Part shown: positions 58,508 through 64,000 of the stretch, one piece after another | How the letters are laid out: the number at the start of each line of letters is the position of its first letter | Position numbering within the stretch: the stretch's first letter is position 1 | Assembly: GCA_902493385.1 (NCBI GenBank) | Contig: CABUPO010000001.1 | Location: 197,720 to 261,719, forward strand | DNA: 64,000 nucleotides | From: an uncultured Lachnospiraceae bacterium | GTDB lineage: Bacteria > Bacillota > Clostridia > Lachnospirales > Lachnospiraceae | Reading direction: 5' to 3' | Position numbers and translations under genes: made by a program | Notes under the pieces: generated by a model | What the model was told of the DNA's origin: nothing | The model's input: only the letters and a program-made list of their open reading frames with translations | Database searches by the model: none

Positions 58508-58594
58508 TTGACAAATCAGGGATAGAGGATATATAATAACCAAAGTTAGCGGGAGCTAACATTAATTATTGGTTTTGAGTTAGCTTTTGCTAAT
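58508..58594 (+). promoter_or_regulatory. feo promoter with two operator palindromes
   Basis: TTGACA at 58508, 18 bp spacer, TATAAT at 58532. Operators GTTAGC GGGA GCTAAC (58545-58560) and GTTAGC TTTT GCTAAT (58579-58594). Confidence 0.8.
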
Positions 58595-58625
58595 TACAAC
58601 GCATATATTTAAGGAAGGTGGACAT

Positions 58626-58838
58626 ATGATGCCGCTTACATTGGCACAGGCAGGAGAAGAAAACATCATTCGGAAAATCGGAGGAAAACCGGAGGTCAAA
58701 GCACACCTCGAAAATCTTGGCTTTGTTGTAGGAGGAGCCGTTACGATTATCAATACTATGGGAGGCAACGTTATTGTAAACGTCAAGGAATCCCGCATTG
58801 CAATCAGTAAGGAAATGGCACAGAAAATTATGGTCTGA
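58626..58838 (+). CDS. feoA: Ferrous iron transport protein A
   Basis: MMPLTLA..GEE, HLENLGFVVG and IVNVKESRIAI; SD AAGGAAGG. Confidence 0.92.
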   Translation: MMPLTLAQAGEENIIRKIGGKPEVKAHLENLGFVVGGAVTIINTMGGNVIVNVKESRIAISKEMAQKIMV

Positions 58839-58887
58839 TTTTCTGCGGCATTTAAACTTATAAAAATTCTTATAGGAGGATGAAACA

Positions 58888-59109
58888 ATGAAGACTCTAA
58901 AAACTGCAAAGGTCGGCGATACGGTTTGCGTGGTGAAGATTCATGGCGAAGGCGCAGTCAAACGCCGCATTATGGACATGGGGCTGACCAAAGGCGTGGA
59001 GGTGTATATCCGTAAGGTAGCTCCGCTCGGAGATCCGATTGAGGTCAATGTGCGTGGATATGAGCTTTCGCTGCGAAAGGCGGATGCGGAAATGATCGAA
59101 GTCGAATAG
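58888..59109 (+). CDS. feoA: Ferrous iron transport protein A (second copy)
   Basis: RRIMDMGLTKG and APLGDPIEVNVRGYELSLRK. Confidence 0.95.
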   Translation: MKTLKTAKVGDTVCVVKIHGEGAVKRRIMDMGLTKGVEVYIRKVAPLGDPIEVNVRGYELSLRKADAEMIEVE

Positions 59110-59153
59110 AGCAATTTCAGGGGGAGTGTACTCCCATATTTTTTGGCAAACAA

Positions 59154-59169
59154 GTTAGCAGCAACTAAT
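59154..59169. promoter_or_regulatory. Degenerate operator copy between feoA and feoB
   Basis: GTTAGC AGCA ACTAAT. Confidence 0.55.
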
Positions 59170-59188
59170 TAGAAAGTGAGGAAATGAC

Positions 59189-61684
59189 ATGGACTTACGT
59201 ATTGCCCTTGCGGGTAACCCGAACAGTGGTAAAACCACTCTGTTCAACGCCTTGACCGGATCCAATCAGTTTGTCGGAAACTGGCCTGGCGTTACGGTTG
59301 AAAAGAAGGAAGGCAAGCTGAAAAAGCACGACGGTGTAATCATCACCGACCTTCCGGGTATTTATTCTCTTTCTCCATATACACTGGAGGAAGTGGTGGC
59401 AAGAAATTATCTCATTACGGAGCGCCCAAACGCAATCCTGAACATCATTGACGGTACAAACTTAGAAAGAAACCTCTATTTAACAACGCAGCTCACCGAG
59501 CTTGGTATCCCGGTGGTTGTCGCTATCAATATGATGGATATCGTGCGTAAAAACGGAGATAAAATCAACACGGCGGAGCTGTCCAGAGCTTTGGGCTGCA
59601 AGGTAGTAGAGATTTCCGCTCTGAAGGGCGCCGGTGTTATGGAAGCGGCTGAGGCGGCTATTGAAGCAGCAAAGCATGCCAAAACCGTACCACAGCATAC
59701 TTTTTCCGGCACAGTAGAACATGCTCTCGCGCACATTGAAGAAGCCGCCGTACATAGTATGCCCGAGGAACAGCAGCGTTGGTATGCAATCAAAATCTTT
59801 GAACACGACGACAAGGTTTTAGAACAGATAAAGCTGGATTCTGCAACTCTTTCGCATATCGAAGAAGATATCAAGGCCGCTGAGGAAGAAATGGACGATG
59901 ATGCGGAATCAATCATCACCAACGAGCGTTATGCCTACATCGGACAAATCATTAAGGGTTGTTACAGGAAAAAGTCCGTCGGCAAGCTTTCTACCTCTGA
60001 CAAAATCGATAAGATTGTTACCAACCGCTGGTTAGGCTTACCTATTTTTGCAGTCATTATGTTTTTGGTATACTACATCTCTATGGTTACAGTAGGAACT
60101 GCTGCTACCGATTGGGCGAACGACGGACTGTTCGGCGACGGATGGCGTCTGTTCGGCATCGGCACTTCTGCATATGAAGAAGTCAATGACGAATATACCT
60201 CCGCCATGCAGTCGGTGGAAGCATTTGTCGGCCTCGATACAGAAGCTGAGGATTTCGATGCGGATGCCGCTTTGGCAGAGCTGAAATCGTTTCAGGCAGA
60301 CGCATCTACAGCAACCGTAGATGTGGAAGATGAAGAAACGCTTGCCATAAACACCATGACCGCATACTATGATAGCATTCCGGACGGAGCAGATGAGGAT
60401 GTTACAGTTGGAATGACCTATTTGGACGCTGTAAGCTATCTTGAAGAAAACGGTTTTGAAGAACCCGATCCTGCCGATTACGGCGTATGGGTACCCGGCA
60501 TTCCTGTCCTTGTCGGTAATGGACTGGAAAAAGCCGGTGCAGCCGACTGGCTCAGCGGTCTGATCAACGACGGTATAGTTGCGGGCGTAGGCGCTGTGCT
60601 CGGTTTCGTGCCACAGATGCTTGTACTGTTCCTGCTTCTTGCATTCCTTGAGGCGTGCGGTTACATGGCCCGTATCGCATTTGTGCTTGACCGTATTTTC
60701 CGTAAGTTCGGTTTGTCCGGTAAATCCTTTATCCCGATGCTGGTCGGTACCGGCTGCGGCGTTCCTGGCATCATGGCGTCACGTACCATTGAAAATGAAC
60801 GCGACCGCCGAATGACGATTATGACCACAACCTTTATCCCGTGCGGCGCTAAAGTTCCGTTTATCGCAATGATTGCCGGCGCAATCTTCGGAGGCAGCGC
60901 AAAGGTTGCCACATCCGCATATTTCATCGGTATGGCAGCGATTATTGTATCCGGCATTATGCTGAAAAAGACAAAGCCTTTTGCAGGCGAGCCTGCTCCG
61001 TTTGTTATGGAGCTTCCTGCTTACCATTTGCCGACAGCAGGCAATGTACTTCGCAGTATGTGGGAGCGCGGATGGTCCTTCATTAAAAAGGCCGGTACCA
61101 TTATATTGCTTTCTACCATTCTTGTTTGGTTCACCACCTACTTCGGCTTTACTGCGGACGGTTTCAGAATGCTTGCCGAGGATGAAATCGACCAAAGTAT
61201 ACTTGCCGCAATCGGCGGTGTAATTGCCTGGATCTTTAAACCTCTCGGCTGGGGTACATGGCAGGCTGCCGTTGCATCCATTACCGGCCTGGTTGCCAAA
61301 GAGAATATCGTCGGTACAATGGGTATACTTTACGGCGGCGGAGACGCTACAGTTTATCAGGCGCTTGCCGGAGCGTTCACCGGTATTGCCGGATATTCGT
61401 TCCTGGTATTCAACCTGCTCTGTGCGCCTTGCTTTGCAGCCATCGGCGCAATCAAGCGTGAGATGAACAGCGCAAAATGGACCTTGTTCGCCGTCGGCTA
61501 TCAGTGCCTGTTCGCCTATGCGATTGCATTGATGATTAATCAGTTTGGTCTTCTCTTTTCCGGCAGCGTTCAGGTGATTGGCCTGATCTTTGCGATTGCA
61601 ATTCTTGCCTTCATGCTTTACATGCTGTTCAGACCGTACAAAGAATCTACGAAACTGACAAGAACCGTTAAGGTGACAAAATAA
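59189..61684 (+). CDS. feoB: Ferrous iron transport protein B, with an acidic insertion
   Basis: GTPase motifs GNPNSGKT, VGNWPGVTVE, DLPG and NMMD; membrane motifs GYMARIAF, GCGVPG and PFVMELP.YHLP. Confidence 0.97.
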   Translation: MDLRIALAGNPNSGKTTLFNALTGSNQFVGNWPGVTVEKKEGKLKKHDGVIITDLPGIYSLSPYTLEEVVARNYLITERPNAILNIIDGTNLERNLYLTTQLTELGIPVVVAINMMDIVRKNGDKINTAELSRALGCKVVEISALKGAGVMEAAEAAIEAAKHAKTVPQHTFSGTVEHALAHIEEAAVHSMPEEQQRWYAIKIFEHDDKVLEQIKLDSATLSHIEEDIKAAEEEMDDDAESIITNERYAYIGQIIKGCYRKKSVGKLSTSDKIDKIVTNRWLGLPIFAVIMFLVYYISMVTVGTAATDWANDGLFGDGWRLFGIGTSAYEEVNDEYTSAMQSVEAFVGLDTEAEDFDADAALAELKSFQADASTATVDVEDEETLAINTMTAYYDSIPDGADEDVTVGMTYLDAVSYLEENGFEEPDPADYGVWVPGIPVLVGNGLEKAGAADWLSGLINDGIVAGVGAVLGFVPQMLVLFLLLAFLEACGYMARIAFVLDRIFRKFGLSGKSFIPMLVGTGCGVPGIMASRTIENERDRRMTIMTTTFIPCGAKVPFIAMIAGAIFGGSAKVATSAYFIGMAAIIVSGIMLKKTKPFAGEPAPFVMELPAYHLPTAGNVLRSMWERGWSFIKKAGTIILLSTILVWFTTYFGFTADGFRMLAEDEIDQSILAAIGGVIAWIFKPLGWGTWQAAVASITGLVAKENIVGTMGILYGGGDATVYQALAGAFTGIAGYSFLVFNLLCAPCFAAIGAIKREMNSAKWTLFAVGYQCLFAYAIALMINQFGLLFSGSVQVIGLIFAIAILAFMLYMLFRPYKESTKLTRTVKVTK

Positions 61685-61710
61685 ATTACAGAAGACAGGG
61701 GGAATAAAAA

Positions 61711-61881
61711 ATGCTTACATGGATTTCGGAAAATATTGCGACGATACTTATCTGTATCGTACTGCTCGCTATTGTGGCGGCGATTATTGTGCGAATCGTC
61801 CGTGATAAGAAAAAAGGCGCCTCCTGTGGATGCGGGTGTGCAGGCTGTCCGATGAGCGGCTCGTGCCATCAGAAGAAATAA
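61711..61881 (+). CDS. FeoB-associated Cys-rich membrane protein (56 aa)
   Basis: Not in the ORF track. MLTWISENIATILICIVLLAIVAAIIVRIVRDKKKGASCGCGCAGCPMSGSCHQKK with SD AGGGGG. Confidence 0.88.
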   Translation: MLTWISENIATILICIVLLAIVAAIIVRIVRDKKKGASCGCGCAGCPMSGSCHQKK

Positions 61882-61935
61882 AATTTGGAGGAGATGCAGA
61901 AAAGCTTGTATCTCCTCATTTTTTGGAGACTTGCA

Positions 61936-62310
61936 ATGAATGACAAACCAAAACTTTCCGCCTCCCACATACGGTATCTTCTGCTCATAAAAAAGTTAAG
62001 CGAAGCCGGGCGCGGAGTGCGAGGTATAGAGCTGGCAAAAGAACTCGGAATCAAAAAGCCAAGCGCACACGCCATGCTCCGTACACTAACCGACTTGAAG
62101 CTCATTGATAAAAAGCCTCAACAGGCCGCCTATCTGACTGAGTATGGCATTCAGACGGCAGAAAAATATAAAAGGTTCTATGATGCTGTGCTATCTGTGC
62201 TTACGGAATACTTGTCCGAAGACGAAATTGTACCGGAAGCAATCTGTTCCATGATTGCAGGCATGACAGAGGAAAGCCTTTTAAAGCTTACCTTATGCGT
62301 TTGCAGGTAA
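61936..62310 (+). CDS. Divergent DtxR-like winged-HTH regulator
   Basis: HIRYLL, GVRGIELAKELGIKKPSAHAML and YLTEYG; canonical metal ligands are missing. Confidence 0.78.
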   Translation: MNDKPKLSASHIRYLLLIKKLSEAGRGVRGIELAKELGIKKPSAHAMLRTLTDLKLIDKKPQQAAYLTEYGIQTAEKYKRFYDAVLSVLTEYLSEDEIVPEAICSMIAGMTEESLLKLTLCVCR

Positions 62311-62361
62311 AATCTTTGTCTTCTTACACATTACCGTATTGGTTTTAGGAGGGTCGGATAT

Positions 62362-62400
62362 AAAAAGGCAGAGCCGGTTATGAACCAGCGCTGCCTTTTT
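62362..62400 (+). terminator. Rho-independent terminator
   Basis: AAAAAGGCAG.GC.GGTT / AACC.GC.CTGCCTTTTT. Confidence 0.75.
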
Positions 62401-62433
62401 ATATTAATTTGCTGTAAAATTGCTTTTATCCTA

Positions 62434-62554
62434 TTGACAGACTATCCGCAATATGGTATCTTAAACACAGTTAGCGAATGCTAACCAAATATATAAAGAG
62501 CTAATGCCTTGAAAAAGGCGTTTATTTTAAGCTCTTTAGTTAGCAAAAGCTAAC
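62434..62554 (+). promoter_or_regulatory. Promoter of the DUF2325-DUF3793-flavodoxin operon with two operator palindromes
   Basis: TTGACA at 62434, 17 bp spacer, extended -10 TG-N-TATCTT at 62457. Operators GTTAGC GAAT GCTAAC (62470-62485) and GTTAGC AAAA GCTAAC (62539-62554). Confidence 0.78.
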
Positions 62555-62569
62555 TAGAAAGGAATCTGT

Positions 62570-62848
62570 ATGAGTATAGTGATTGTCGGCGGAAACGAAT
62601 GCATGGTTCGGCAGTATAAGGATTTATGCGGAAATTACAAATGTAAAGCAAAGGTGTATAACAAAATGCAAAGCCGCCTGAAAAATATTGGAACACCGGA
62701 TTTACTGGTTCTTTTTACCAATACAATGTCACATAAAATGATTCGCTACGTGCTGAGCGAAACAAAAGGCCGGAACGTTAAAATTGTCCGATCGCACAGC
62801 AGCTCCATGTCGGCGCTGAAAACAATTTTGGAAGAACATGCTTTATAA
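62570..62848 (+). CDS. DUF2325 family protein
   Basis: MSIVIVGG, DLLVLFTNTMSHKM and SSSMSAL. Confidence 0.8.
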   Translation: MSIVIVGGNECMVRQYKDLCGNYKCKAKVYNKMQSRLKNIGTPDLLVLFTNTMSHKMIRYVLSETKGRNVKIVRSHSSSMSALKTILEEHAL

Positions 62849-62864
62849 AGAAAGGGGGATGAAT

Positions 62865-63416
62865 ATGTCGGAAGATATGCTTGTGCAGCATTGCTCTCCT
62901 ACGCTTGCCGGAATAAAAACAGGCAACATGTTTAGCTGTACGTTTGCAGACAGTATTGAGATGAAAAACTGTGTCCGCTGCTGGAACCGTATTTTCGTGA
63001 AGAAAGGACTTCGCATGCTGCCGCTTCGCTTTCAGAAAAACAGGGCTCTTTTATATATTTACCGCCCGTCAAAGCTATCTTCGGATTTGCAGCATGACGC
63101 AGCATACAGAATATTGAAAGAGTGCGGCTATGAAACAGACAGACCGGAGCGATGTATTTCCGAGCTAATCAGACGCTTGCGGGAAAAAGAAAAGTTTCCC
63201 CACGAAATCGGGCTATTTCTCGGATATCCGCCTGAGGATGTACAGGGATTTATAGAAAACAAAGCGGCGGACTACAAATGTGTGGGATGCTGGAAAGTAT
63301 ACGGCGATGCAAAGGCGGCCCAAAAGCTGTTTGCACAGTATAAAAAATGTACAGACATTTACTGTACGCTATTTTCCGAAGGAAAGTCTATTGAATGGCT
63401 TACTGTAGCCGTTTAA
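62865..63416 (+). CDS. DUF3793 family protein
   Basis: HCSPTLAGIK, FPHEIGLFLGYPPEDVQGFI and GCWKVYG. Confidence 0.85.
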   Translation: MSEDMLVQHCSPTLAGIKTGNMFSCTFADSIEMKNCVRCWNRIFVKKGLRMLPLRFQKNRALLYIYRPSKLSSDLQHDAAYRILKECGYETDRPERCISELIRRLREKEKFPHEIGLFLGYPPEDVQGFIENKAADYKCVGCWKVYGDAKAAQKLFAQYKKCTDIYCTLFSEGKSIEWLTVAV

Positions 63417-63446
63417 TATATATTTAAAGAAAGGTTGGTATACAAC

Positions 63447-63869
63447 ATGAGCAAAGTAGCAGTAGTTTATTGGAGCGGAACCGGAAATACCGCAGCTATG
63501 GCAGAGGCTGTCAGAGCAGGCGCGGCCGAAAAAGGAGCGGAGGCTGTCATGCTTCAGGCTTCGGAGTTTGACGCTTCTATGATGAGTTCTTTTGACGCAA
63601 TCGCTTTTGGCTGCCCGGCTATGGGAGCAGAGGTGCTGGAAGAGTATGAGTTCCAGCCGATGTTTGATTCCGTAGAAGCCAATTTGAACGGTAAAAAGAT
63701 TGCTCTGTTCGGCTCTTACGGCTGGGGAGACGGCGAGTGGATGCGCAACTGGGAGGATACCTGCAGAAGTAATGGCGCTGTTCTTGCCTGCGACAGCGTA
63801 ATCTGCAATGCAGCGCCCGATGATGATGCGGTTCTGTCCTGTAAAGCGCTGGGCGCTGCACTTGTCTGA
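63447..63869 (+). CDS. Short-chain flavodoxin
   Basis: YWSGTGNT, FGCPAMG and LFGSYGWGDGEWM. Confidence 0.96.
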   Translation: MSKVAVVYWSGTGNTAAMAEAVRAGAAEKGAEAVMLQASEFDASMMSSFDAIAFGCPAMGAEVLEEYEFQPMFDSVEANLNGKKIALFGSYGWGDGEWMRNWEDTCRSNGAVLACDSVICNAAPDDDAVLSCKALGAALV

Positions 63870-63870
63870 T

Positions 63871-63899
63871 AAAAAGACGGCGCTATGCCGTCTTTTTTT
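63871..63899 (+). terminator. Rho-independent terminator after flavodoxin
   Basis: AAAAAGACGGC / GCCGTCTTTTTTT. Confidence 0.85.
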
Positions 63900-63965
63900 A
63901 TCACTTTTTCCAATATTATTACCATATCTTTACAGAACCGAAGCCAAAAGAAAGGAGTAAAGAAT

Positions 63966-64000
63966 ATGTTTAAAATCACATTGATAATCGACGGAATGAT
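63966..64000 (+). CDS. Start of a probable heavy-metal-associated (HMA/CopZ-like) protein, truncated by the window edge
   Basis: SD AAGGAG, then MFKITLIIDGM..., the typical lead-in to GMxCxxC; the Cys residues would lie outside the window. Confidence 0.5.
   Translation, partial: MFKITLIIDGM

Overview
Chromosomal segment of a spore-forming, low-GC Firmicute, most likely Lachnospiraceae-like (inferred from gene content and order). From 1 to about 52 kb the backbone is mostly on the minus strand: a sugar ABC operon with a YesN-type regulator, clpB, leuS, an L,D-transpeptidase, a P-type ATPase, tex, hpf-secA-prfB (frameshifted)-hom-apgM-lysC, spoIIAA-AB-sigF-spoVAA/AB/AC, valS, lgt and dus. Hemicellulose genes are scattered among these: GH3, GH31 alpha-xylosidase, GH8, GH10, CE1 esterase and a non-catalytic CBM9 protein. 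The strongest candidate for an undescribed system is a set of four unlinked secreted glycan-active proteins. They share one plan: signal peptide, a very Lys-rich Ig-like N-terminal module, a Pro/Thr linker, then cargo, with no LPXTG, SLH or dockerin. Two of them also share an unassigned beta-sandwich, CBM-like domain. From about 53.5 kb the genes are mostly on the plus strand and form an iron-acquisition block: TetR, an IrtAB-like ABC pair, two DtxR-family genes, feoA-feoA-feoB, DUF2325-DUF3793-flavodoxin and a probable HMA gene. Six copies of a GTTAGC-N4-GCTAAC palindrome tie this block together. Other points: a Zalpha-like wHTH fused to a PD-(D/E)XK nuclease, an internal beta-subunit start in lysC, an orphan cluster of DnaA-like boxes and several apparently catalytically dead paralogues. 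All family calls come from motifs recognised by eye; no database searches were run.
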